Part shown: positions 12,687 to 24,500 of the stretch, piece after piece
How the letters are laid out: each line of letters opens with the position of its first letter
Numbering within the stretch: position 1 is the first letter of the stretch
From: Dendrobates tinctorius
Lineage: Eukaryota
DNA: 64,000 nt
Assembly: GCF_039654945.1 (NCBI RefSeq)
Contig: NW_027361696.1
Location: forward strand, 67,580,001-67,644,000
Reading direction: 5' to 3'
The notes under the pieces: model-generated
What the model was told of the DNA's origin: nothing
What the model saw: the letters and a program-made list of their open reading frames with translations, nothing else
Databases searched by the model: none
Program-made: the position numbers and the translations under genes

Positions 12687-14270
12687 TGAGCTGGAATGCA
12701 AGGAAGATGAGCACAGTAGGTGAGCTGGAATGCAAGGGAGATGAGCGCAGGAAGTGAGCTGGAGCCCAAGGGAGAGGAGCGCAGGAGGTGAGCTGAAGCC
12801 CAAGGGAGAGGAGCGCAGGAGGTGAGCTGGAGCGCAAGGGAGAGGAGCGCAGGAGGTGAGCTGGAGCGCAAGGGAGATGAGCGCAGGAGGTGAGCTGGAG
12901 CGCAAGGGAGATGAGCGCAGGAGGTGAGCAGGAGCGCAAGGGAGATGAGCGCAGGAGGTGAGCTGGAGCGCAAGGGAGATGAGCGCAGGAGGTGAGCTGG
13001 AGCGCAAGGGAGATGAGCGCAGGAGGTGAGCTGGAGCGCAAGGGAGATGAGCGCAGGAGGTGAGCTGGAGCGCAAGGGAGATGAGCGCAGGAGGTGAGCT
13101 GGAGCGCAAGGGAGATGAGCGCAGGAGGTGAGCTGGAGCGCAAGGGAGATGAGCGCAGGAGGTGAGCTGGAGCGCAAGGGAGATGAGCGCAGGAGGTGAG
13201 CTGGAGCGCAAGGGAGATGAGCGCAGGAGGTGAGCTGGAGCGCAAGGGAGATGAGCGCAGGAGGTGAGCTGGAGCGCAAGGGAGATGAGCGCAGGAGGTG
13301 AGCTGGAGCGCAAGGGAGATGAGCGCAGGAGGTGAGCTGGAGCGCAAGGGAGATGAGCGCAGGAGGTGAGCTGGAGCGCAAGGGAGATGAGCGCAGGAGG
13401 TGAGCTGGAGCGCAAGGGAGATGAGCGCAGGAGGTGAGCTGGAGCGCAAGGGAGATGAGCGCAGGAGGTGAGCTGGAGCGCAAGGGAGATGAGCGCAGGA
13501 GGTGAGCTGGAGCGCAAGGGAGATGAGCGCAGGAGGTGAGCTGGAGCGCAAGGGAGATGAGCGCAGGAGGTGAGCTGGAGCGCAAGGGAGATGAGCGCAG
13601 GAGGTGAGCTGGAGCGCAAGGGAGATGAGCGCAGGAGGTGAGCTGGAGCGCAAGGGAGATGAGCGCAGGAGGTGAGCTGGAGCGCAAGGGAGATGAGCGC
13701 AGGAGGTGAGCTGGAGCGCAAGGGAGATGAGCGCAGGAGGTGAGCTGGAGCGCAAGGGAGATGAGCGCAGGAGGTGAGCTGGAGCGCAAGGGAGATGAGC
13801 GCAGGAGGTGAGCTGGAGCGCAAGGGAGATGAGCGCAGGAGGTGAGCTGGAGCGCAAGGGAGATGAGCGCAGGAGGTGAGCTGGAGCGCAAGGGAGATGA
13901 GCGCAGGAGGTGAGCTGGAGCGCAAGGGAGATGAGCGCAGGAGGTGAGCTGGAGCGCAAGGGAGATGAGCGCAGGAGGTGAGCTGGAGCGCAAGGGAGAT
14001 GAGCGCAGGAGGTGAGCTGGAGCGCAAGGGAGATGAGCGCAGGAGGTGAGCTGGAGCGCAAGGGAGATGAGCGCAGGAGGTGAGCTGGAGCGCAAGGGAG
14101 ATGAGCGCAGGAGGTGAGCTGGAGCGCAAGGGAGATGAGCGCAGGAGGTGAGCTGGAGCGCAAGGGAGATGAGCGCAGGAGGTGAGCTGGAGCGCAGGGA
14201 GATGAGCGCAGGAGATGTGATGGCGTGCAGGGGAGTTGTCCTGGCGCGCAGGGGAGATGAGCTGGAGCGC
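12687..14270. repeat. 34-bp minisatellite, about 46 copies, core nearly invariant
   Basis: Unit GAGCTGGAGCGCAAGGGAGATGAGCGCAGGAGGT; degenerate flanking copies. Confidence 0.97.
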
Positions 14271-14858
14271 AGAAGATTTGAACATCACTGACATTGCACA
14301 ACCTCCATGATCTGCACGTCTCATACTCCTGATCTGTGATGATAGAACATCCGGAGTCATTACTTTATATGTTGGCGAGATTGTGTCACCCAAGGCTGTC
14401 TTTCAGCAAGTCACTGAAATCCATCGGGTGACGGCGCAGGAAAGACCAGTGAGGCCGCACCCAATGTTACCTGTATCCTGAGCCCGGCGTCTGCAAACCT
14501 CTGAGAACACACCCTGCTCTCCACAAAGCTCTCTCACATACTCATGTTTTCTGGAAGCACTTCAACTTTCTAATTTCCAGTTGATTTTTCATTTTGTTTA
14601 GCCAGAAGTAGTTTTTTTTCTATTTTTTTCATCAGTGTAGCTGTATGACAGCTTGTTTTTTTTTTGTGGTACGAGTTGTAGTTTCTAATGACACCGTTCA
14701 TCTTCCGGTATAACATACTGAAAAACAGGGAAAAAGTCCAATTGGGGAGAAATGGTGAAAAAATAAATAGAATTCAATTTTGTCATTGGGTTTCGTTTTT
14801 GTGGTTTTAAAAAATTTGGCACTTCTACAATTCTACAAAAAAAAACAAAAAACTTTTC

Positions 14859-14864
<6 letters not shown>

Positions 14865-14910
<46 letters not shown>
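14865..14910. repeat. (AT)n microsatellite
   Basis: Direct reading. Confidence 0.95.
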
Positions 14911-14912
<2 letters not shown>

Positions 14913-15477
14913 ACAGAGCGGACATTTATGAACACAATGATTTCACATTTGCTTTTTTTTTTTAACTTTATTTTTTTGCATTTCTTTTTAACTGGCAAAC
15001 AAAAGGGGGGAATCCTTCACTTTTATGTGTCCCTCACTTTTATGTGTTTGTTCATACATATATATTTATTTTTCATATTTTGTTATTTATCCATGCTTTT
15101 ATTTATTCATATTTTTAAGTTTATTTAGTAATTTTATTTATTTAATTTGTATTTTATTTTTTTTTAATCATACTATATACTGCAATAATACAGCATTTGA
15201 AACTTCCATTCGCTGCTGTTAGAAGTAGATACCAGCAGTGTAACGCAGCCGTCACCTACATTATGTGGAGCAGGCTCAGCTCCTGTGCCCACACCATGTA
15301 CCCCAATCTGCTCCATGATGGATGTGTCCATCATTGAGCATTACAGGGCTAAATTAGTACCAAGCTTTCTGCCCTGGCACTGGCCTTACACACACTACCT
15401 AGCTCAAACTTTGTGGAAGCGGTGAAATCCAGGGACATAATGTATTTTTCTATTCTTTTGCTTTGCAGTACCTGAGG

Positions 15478-15585
15478 ATGAAGATCCCGCTCTTCTTGTT
15501 AGGCTCCCTCTTGGGGCTTTGCCTGGCTGTACCCATAGACAGGGCCCCTCCAAAGCAAGAAGCGGAGCCCCCGGCAGAACCTGCG
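15478..15585 (+). CDS. nucb1: nucb1 coding exon 1 (signal peptide [22 protein letters not shown]...)
   Basis: Acceptor TTTGCAG ending 15468; ATG 15478; donor GTAAGT 15586. Confidence 0.92.
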
Positions 15586-18500
15586 GTAAGTTCTCCATCA
15601 CTAATAGTATACACTAGAAGGTTGAGACAAGAGCGCAATAGGGTCTTATCCGGGTAAAATGTATAAATAATTAGAGTAATTATACTCACCTTTTAAGAAA
15701 AAAAGTAAAGCCTGTATAATATGTCAGCCTGCTGCACGTCCAACGGCCCACAGCGGAACCGCAACAAAGTTACTTAGGAATAAATTCATGGACTTTGAGT
15801 GCGCTGCCAGACAAATTTCATAATCACACAAGGTTACAAAAAGTTAACCCTTTAATCCCTACGTGTTTCGAAGTATAACACTTCTTCTTCAGGGGTTGAC
15901 ATGTGTCAACCCCTGAAGAAGAAGTGTTATACTTCGAAACGCGTAGGGATTAAAGGGTTAACTTTTTGTAACCTTGTGTGATTATGAAATTTGTCTGGCA
16001 GCGCACTCAAAGTCCATGAATTTATTCCTAAGTAAGTTCTCCATCACGGCTGTTCTCATGTGAGCATCGGACTGTCCCGGGTGTTATCATGGGGATATAA
16101 ATTCTCACCAATTGCTGGGGTCAGACAGATGCCGACCCCTCTGCAGTCACCGGGACTAATCACTGCGACATAGGAAGACTTCACATCCACTCAGATTATA
16201 GGGAAAATGGACTGTTTAACTAGATCGTCCGATCCAGTCCGATTTTTGTTTTTTTTTTAATCCATGTATCTTATGGTAAAAATCATTTTTGCAATTGGTT
16301 TTCATTACAAAAATGTTGTACCATATGCCTTCTATAACTTTTGACTGCAGGATGAGTTAACAGAGAATCGGTCAGTGAGCTCGCTACGATGGTCTGACGA
16401 AGTTTGTGCTTCTTTTATCAGTCTTTTTCTTAGCTGACTTATGACCCCATCGAAGTTGAAGGTGCAACGAAACAAAGAGGCTATAAAGGCAAATCGCTGC
16501 AACTTTTGGAATGGAAACCAATTACAAAAATTATTTTTTGGCCTCAAATTACATGCATTTAGGTCTGGAAAGGTGTGGTACCTACACATGGTCACCACAG
16601 GCTGGACGTTGATATGCTGCTCAGTGCCTGAAGAGCTGAAGAATAAGCCCCGGGCCCAGCTGATAGAGGTCTGAGAATTGGGCACGTATCTGTCCCATGG
16701 TTTAGCAGAACCAGGCTTGGATCCTGTAATTTTTTATTTTTTTTCCTTTTCTCATTCTTCAAATCCAGGTTTCATATGACCCTAATTTTAATCTTTAGCT
16801 GTGATTGTCTTGTAATATTAAAACTCCTCTGTCAAATGACGGCAGCTCTTTAAAAAGTGGATATAAATTGTTTAGCGTTACAGGTGCCAAGGACTTCCAC
16901 CCCCGGAGTTTGCTGGGCTCTATACTGTGTCTGGCATCCAGCTGAAACCGACAGTTGGGATGAGCATTATGCTTCTAGCCAATGAACATCGCTGGGAAAG
17001 TCCTGTAGACTGCTGATTGGCTGAGAGCAGGTGACACACAGCCTTCTCCTTCCAGAGCTCTTCCCAATTTATCCTTTTCAGCTGGATTCCAGATTAGTTC
17101 AGCCATGTAATGGGCCCTCCATGATCTGCTTTATGACCCAGTCCTATTTTAGTGTATATTTAGCCCCCTTTTTTTTTTTTCTTTTTTTTTTGAAGATGCA
17201 GGAGGATTATAGTAATATCATATTTAGGTTATTGATTATCTCGTGACAGGATACCGGCTTGTACTATGATCGTTACCTGCGAGAGGTAATTGATGTGTTG
17301 GAAACGGACAATCATTTCCGCGAGAAGCTTCAGGCCGCCAACGCAGATGACATCAAGGTGAGCGCCAGCCAGTGCCTGCGCGGTATGCACACGGCTGATC
17401 TCTGCACCGTGTGTTTGCTCTTCACTGTTGATTTTTGTCCACCTGGAGGAGCAAAGTGCATCTTTTTTTTTTTTTTTATAACATAGAAGCACATTAATTA
17501 TCTGGAGATAATGAACTTTGGTTTCGTTTTCTTTAGGAACCTAGTGAAGATAAGAGCCGCCCCAGAATATAATCTGTGAACTTTGTGTCTCCACCTAGCC
17601 TTAAAGGGGCGCTATCATCAAAGGATGATCTATTGTTTAAATCAGGTTTTTGTGTTATATGTATTAAAAAATGTTGGCAATCTTGTTTTTTTCATTTAAA
17701 TCATGATCTTTATTAAAAAGCAAAATTATTAATCTTGCAATTTTCTCAATGGCCACTGGGGCTTTTTTTCAAACTCACACTTCCTGAGTTTTCAGCAGGG
17801 TCATTATCATCAGAGGCAGGATACAGCTGATAGCACAAGATCCACCAATCACAATAAGCGATATCACAGCTCACCTCCCAACACAACGACCTTTGCACAA
17901 GCTCATTAGATAGGGTCGGGATCTGACCACTGTGGCTAATGTGCAGGTGTTGTTTCAGGAAACAACAGGACGTTAGAGTCTAAAACAACCCCAGTGGCCA
18001 ATGTGAGAAGAACTGCAAGTTGTTTTTTTTTTTAATTAATTAATTTATTCTGATTTATAAAACATAAATTATAATTAATTGAAATTAATAAATTTATTAT
18101 TTTATACAAATTTTATTTTCAATGCAAAAAAAAGTCCCGAAAAATAAGAAAAGTAATTTTAACACAAAAACCTGATTTGTACAGTAGATCATTTACTGAT
18201 GATGGCTTTGCTTTACATTATAGAGGTGGCAGAAAAGCTATTTTTCGGCTGAGTGCTATGTCTCCCAACTTCCTCCCCACGCATGGGAACGGTCGGCTCA
18301 TCTGACTCAAGAAAAGAATCAAAATTCAATTGCCCCTCGTTATGTCCTCCGATGGATTCTTTTGTGGGACGGTTGATACCACCAGAATCGTTGGGGTCAT
18401 GTGACCTTTACCCGATGTGTACGGGGGGGGGGGGGGGGAGAGGATTCTTTAAAGGGGTTGAAGGGAATGATAGTAGTTGTCATTTCCTGCTTCTGAAAAA

Positions 18501-21500
18501 TCTAAAATGTCTTGTCACTGCAGAAATGATCACCCCCAAATGTTCAGCAATAAAGTTTGCATGTATGACAAGTGACCGCTGAGGCCAGTGCCTTGTTTTA
18601 CCACCAGAGTGCAGAGTGTCGACACTGGAGTTGTGGGATATTAAAGGGTTTTTTTTTTTCTTTTTAATTTTATAACAATCCATTGATTTTGTAAAATCCC
18701 CCCCCCCAAAACACAAAAACAAAACATTTTAATAACCACCGATCCTGAGAAGAAAGGGACCTTTTCTTTTTCATCTGCAGGATTATTCCTGGTCATCATC
18801 TCCAGCGGGACCTCAGTTCTTTTCATTGGGGCCGGCTACAGTAAACTGCACGGACAGGTGGCCAGGAGCGCTGCTGTGGAGGGAAAAACTGTAAAGTGGA
18901 TGCATGACTCAGAATCTGGTTTTATGCTTCTGGATAGTTACTGATAATGTTTTTCCCTATCTTCAGAGCGGTAAACTCAGCAAGGAGCTGGATTTTGTGA
19001 GCCACCATGTACGGACAAAGCTAGATGAGCTGAAGAGGCAGGAGGTGTCCAGGCTGCGAATGCTGATCAAGGCAAAGATGGACGCCACCATGGAAGGCAG
19101 TAAGTAAAGTGCAGGTGAATTGGGGAAAACTGGATGAGTGCACTGGGTCTCCCCCTTTTTTTTTCTTTTTAATATTTTTGGGATTTTTGAAAACAACAAA
19201 GCAAATCTCTAAAACGATTCCTACCATTTTGTGTAGACAGCTCTTCTGCCGAGCTATGCACGTCCATGATTTTATAACTCTCTTTCCTGTGTTCCGCTCA
19301 TTTTCTAAGTGTAAAACATGTTTTGTTTTTTCTCCTACGCCTCATTGGGGGACACAGAGACAGTGGGTGTTATGCTGCTGGCCACTAGGAGGACACTAAG
19401 TAAACCAGAATAAAAGTTAGCTACTCCCTTGCAGTATACACCCTCTCGCTGGCTGAGATTCCTTCAGTTCTTGCTTAGTGTCTGTAGGAGGCACTTGGGT
19501 CTGGTTTCAGACCCCACAGTTTTTATTTTATTTTTGAATTTTCTGTAAATTTTTATTTTTAATTAGCGGAGTGAAGGGGGCGACGGTTCCTTTCTTCGGC
19601 CCGCTCTCCCCCGAACCAACAACAGGCAAGCACGCGGAGTATACCTCCCCATACACTTTCCTGCGACGAATGGGGCTGATTCCTCTGACGATGGTTCCCT
19701 TACGGTCGATACTCCACGGATACGAGGGCAAGCGCAACAGGACGTAGCACAGGAGTGCGTGGAGAAGGACTTGAGCAGCGCTTTTTCGGATGCCCTGATT
19801 CAGCCCCAGAGCTCTCCATCCCCCTACCACAGGGTGGATCGATTGAGCAATAACTCTTTAAGAGCTCCTCTGGCTCTGCTACATGGCTCGGAGGATGAGG
19901 CAGCTGGAAGACCCTGGACAGCGACGACCTGCCTGAGCACAGGAGTGGAGGTATGGGGTCGGGTCCTGTCCCCCGGGAGAAGCGCTGACTTAATGTCAGC
20001 GGCGGTGCACCGGCACCCTATCGCGACCCCCCGCTCTCGGCGCTCGGGTAGGCCAAAAATTTAGTCCCTGGCTTTTCTGGCCTGCTAGACCGCAATTTGA
20101 ATGGCGCCGCCCACTAGCGCTGCCCCCTCCCTGCCCCCGGCGCCTACCTCGGGTAGGCCGAAAATGTAGTCCCCGGCTTTTCTGGCCTACTAGGCTGCAA
20201 TTTGATTAGCGCCGCCCACGCTAACGTCGCCGCCGCCTCCTCTTGGCGCCTCTCATTACTTACGAGACACGCAATCCTAATCGCGGGGGCCATGTCTTCA
20301 GCTGGCGTTAACCCTTTCAAGAGCGCTATGCCTTCTCTGGACAGCCGGATACCGGGTGACACCACAGGGCCACCGTTTTTCCTCCCGGGGGACTCAGCAC
20401 AGGACTGTTGGTAAGCTGCATCTGCCCTCAGATTAAAGCTTAACCCCTTCCCGGCACATTACCTGCAGCTGCAGACAGACTCTGCCTTTCAGGAGCACTA
20501 TGCCTCAATCTAAGGACGCTAAACTGCGTTTTTTTACCGTGTGTACCACTTGCAAGTCTACCTTACCCAGTGCACAGACTAATCCGTTATGCATGGACTG
20601 CGACCCGGACTGCACCATGACCTGCGCTCCAATGTCCCTCGCCACCGCTGCTGACGGGCCTCCTGCGTTTAGTATCGCTGAGTGGGCTGTGTCCCTGTCA
20701 CGGTCGGTGGAGTCTGTGACCCAGGCTATATTCTCCCTCCGGGAGGACTCTTTAAGTCGGAAAGTGTCCTTATCTCCCGAGGAGGGCTCTGGCGTCGGCC
20801 GGGAACTGTCCACCAGCAGGGGCCATACTCGTCCAAGGGATGGTCAGGTCTCTAGAAAGTGGACCCATGTCGCGCCCCCTAGTCATGTTCGTGCCTCAGC
20901 ATCGGCGACTCCTGTCTCTTGCTCGCCCTCTCCTGAGGTTCACAGTGAGTACGACTCTGGATTCGAATCTGACACGTCAGTCCCTCAGAATCTCCCAACT
21001 GATCAAGAGTCGCTTGATTCTCTTATAGAATCAGTCAAAAGGATTCTGAGGTTGGATAAGGAAAATATTCCCGCTCCAACACACCCTCTCTCATTTAGGA
21101 AAACCCAGCGTGTGCGCAGGTTATTTACCAGCCATCCAGAAACATAGGGATCGGCCACATTAGCGGTTCACAGGGCAAAGTCTACTCAGGCTAAATACCC
21201 TTTTCATCCAGACCTAATCTAGGATTGGTTACAGTCTCCTCCGGTGGACCCTCCTGTATCGCGTCTTGCTTCTAAAACGCTCCTATCTGTTTCTGAGGGT
21301 TCCTCAGTCAGAAACCCCTCCGATTGTCAAATTGACTACCTTGCCCGTTCAGTTCTTTGAAGCTTCAGGAGCAGCGTTTTTTTCCATCTTTCGCGGCAAT
21401 TTGGGTCACTAAGGCAATGGCCGCTTGGGCAGAAGTCTTGATTACTTCCTTCCAGGGCACCAATCTTCCTCCGGAGGCAACCACTATCGCCAGGCAGATA

Positions 21501-24500
21501 ATTCACGCAGCTGAATTTGTAGTAGACGCTTCTTTTGATGCCGCCAGTTGTGCGACTCAAACTGCCGCTAATGCGATCTCCATTAGAAGAGCCTTATGGC
21601 TCCATGGCTGGCGGGCGGATGCCACACCTAAAAGATCGCTGACTTCTCTCCCCTTTCAAACGGGTCGACTTTTTGGAGAGAAACTGGACCAGCTCATTTC
21701 TGATACTACCGGGGGAAAAAGTAAATTCCTTCCTCAAGAAAAGGGGCTGTTCGGCCATTTCGCAACCAACAGCCGACGCGTTTTCGATCTTCTCGCAACA
21801 ATTCCGGTTGGTCCTCCTCTACCTTCTCTTCCGGATCAGGTCGGTCCCCACACGGAAACAGAGGCTCCCAGGTCTCATACAGACCTAACCGCTCTTGGAA
21901 ACCCAGGCCTAGGGCTTCTGGATCTAGGGGAGCCAGATCTCATAGATCTACCCAATGACAAGTGGGTCAGGGAGCTGGTGTCCTCCGGATACAAGATAGA
22001 CTTTTCTTCTCCCCCTCCAACTCTGTTTTTCCCTTTCCTCTCCCCCCAAGAAAAAGACAAGAGCCTTCCTTCGGGCTGTTCAGGCTCTGCTAAGGGTCGG
22101 AGTCATCATTCCGGTCCCTCATCACGAAAGGTTCAGGGGATTATATTCAAACCTTTTTTGTGGTTCCAAAAAAGGACGGGACAATGCAACCCATTGTCGG
22201 TCTCAAACTGTTAAATCAGTTTGTCAAGGTTCGGCGATTCCGAATGGAATCTCTCCGATCAGTTGTCGCTTCCTTGGAAAAAGGAGAGTTCTTAGCACCC
22301 ATCGACATCAAGGACGCTTACCTTCACATTCCGATCTACCCGTCCCTTCAGCAGTTCCTGCCTTTTGCAATTCACGAGGAACACTTCCAGTTCGTTGCCT
22401 TGCCCTTCGGACTCGCCACCGCCCCCAGGGTCTTTACCAAGGTCATGGTGGCTGTCATGGCCATTCTCCACTCTCGGGGGAGTAGTGGTGTTACCGTATC
22501 TGGACAACCTGCTCATCAAGGGTACGTCCCTTCCAGCCTGCAAGGAATCCATGGATAACAGTAAATGCACTTTCTCGCCTGGGGTGGAAGATAAACTTCG
22601 AAAAGTCTTTCCCAAAACCGGCTCAGCAGACTTCCCTTTTTAGGATTGATCCTTGGACACTTCCCACGGGTTGGTCATTCTCCCTCCAGGAGAGACCCAA
22701 GCCTTACAACAGGCAGCGCGGACTCTTTCCCGACCGGTTTCTCACTCCATTCGTTTCAGCATGAGAGTTCTCGGAAAGATGGTGGCAGCGATGGAAGCTG
22801 TTCCATTTGCACAGTTCCACCTCCGTCCCTTACAACACGTGTTGCTGTTGCTTGGGACAAGAACCCTTTCTCCCTGGACCGCCGGATCCCTCTGTCCCTG
22901 CGGGTCAGGCAAGCCCTCAGGTGGTGGACACTGAGGTCCTTCCTGAATCAAGGGAGGTCTTTTCTCCCAGTAAAATGGTTGGTAGTAACCACCGACGCAA
23001 GTCTCCTCGGCTGGGGTGCGGTCTTTCGTCGCCACGCGGCACAGGGTCATTGGTCAACCCGAGAGTCACGTCTCCCCATCCACATTTTGGAGATACGAGC
23101 GATCAGATTAGCTCTACGGAGTTTCCACCATCTCCTCGCAGGTCACCCCATCAGGATCCAATCAACGCCACGGCTGTAGCGTATATCAGCCGCCAGGAAG
23201 GTACCCGGAGCAGGATGGCCATGCACGAACTGAGTCACATCCTCCATTGGCCGAGCATAGAAAATTGAGTGCCAGATTTTCTCAGTCGCCAAGGCATTGC
23301 CTCGGGGAAGTGGTCTCTTCATCCGGAAGTCTTTCAGCACATTTGTAATCGTTGGGGGACTCCGGATGTGTATCTCAGGGCCTCAAGACTAAACAACAAG
23401 GTTCCTCTGTTCATTGCCCGATCGCGCGATCCATGCGCCTTCGGAGCAGACGCCCTAGTTCTGCCATGGCACCGGTTCCGGCTCCTGTACATCTTCCCTA
23501 CTCTTGCCTTGCTTCCAAGGGTCATCAAGAAGATCAGAGCGGTGGGAGTACCAGTGATCCTAGTCGCGCCAGTTTGGCCGCGCTGAGCATGGTATGCAGA
23601 ACTAATACAGCTAGTCGCCGACGTCCCATGGCGACACCCAGATTGCATGGATCTACACTCACAGGGCCCGATTTACCACCAGAACTCCGGGGCCCTGTCT
23701 TTGACGGCGTGGCCATTGAATCCTGGATTTTAGCACAGGCTAGGTTCTTTCACGACGTGATTTCCACCATGATTAGTGCTAGGAAGCCTTTGTCCATGTG
23801 CATTTATCACCGCACCTGGAAAACCTTCTTTTCGTGGTGCAAGGGTCATGGTCGATCACCTCTGGTGTTTTTTCCATTCCGGCCATATTGGAATTCCTTC
23901 AATCTGGGTTAAAATCGGGCCTCGCGCTTAGCTTGCTCAAGGGCCAAATTTCTGCCATGTCAGTGCTTTTCCAACGCAAATTTGCCACCAAACTTCAGGT
24001 CAAGACGTTCATTCAGAGAGTTTCCCATGTGGCGCCTCCTTATAGAAGGCCATTGGAATCATGGGACCTTAACCTGGTTCTCGGGGCCTTACAGGAGGCT
24101 AACCGCTGCAGGACGTGTCACTATCTGTCCTCTTTTGGAAGGTGGTCTTTCTAGTGGCAATTACGTCAATCAGATGAGTTTTGGAATTGGCAGCCCTGTC
24201 CTGCCGTTCTCCGTTCCTGAATTTTCATAAGGAAAAAGTAGTTCTCAGGACGTCCCCATCCTTCCTGCCCAAGGTCGTCTCCTCTTTCCATCTCAACGAG
24301 GAAATTGTTTTGCCTTTCTTCTTGTCCGGAGCCAGTCCATCGTATTGAGAAGGCCCTCCACACCCTGGATGTGGTTAGGGCACTGAGAAGGTACTTCTCG
24401 TGGATGGCTCCCTTTCCACAAGTCAGATGCCCTGTTCATGCTTCCAGAGGGGCATAGGAAGGGTCTAGCCATAGCAATAGCAACGCTAGCCAGGTGGATT

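Larger units (their letters stand above)
15602..16031. mobile_element. Penelope-like retroelement remnant (inverted pLTR fold-back) with 16-bp TSD
   Basis: GTAAGTTCTCCATCAC at 15586-15601 and 16032-16047; 132-bp inverted arms 15770-15901 / 15904-16035; hammerhead cores. Confidence 0.75.

Noticed and set aside
9955-14270. CRISPR-like periodicity
   Set aside because: Head-to-tail repeats without unique spacers; eukaryotic intron; no cas genes
12581-14393. 504-578 aa ORFs in three minus frames
   Set aside because: Artefact of the stop-free 34-bp unit
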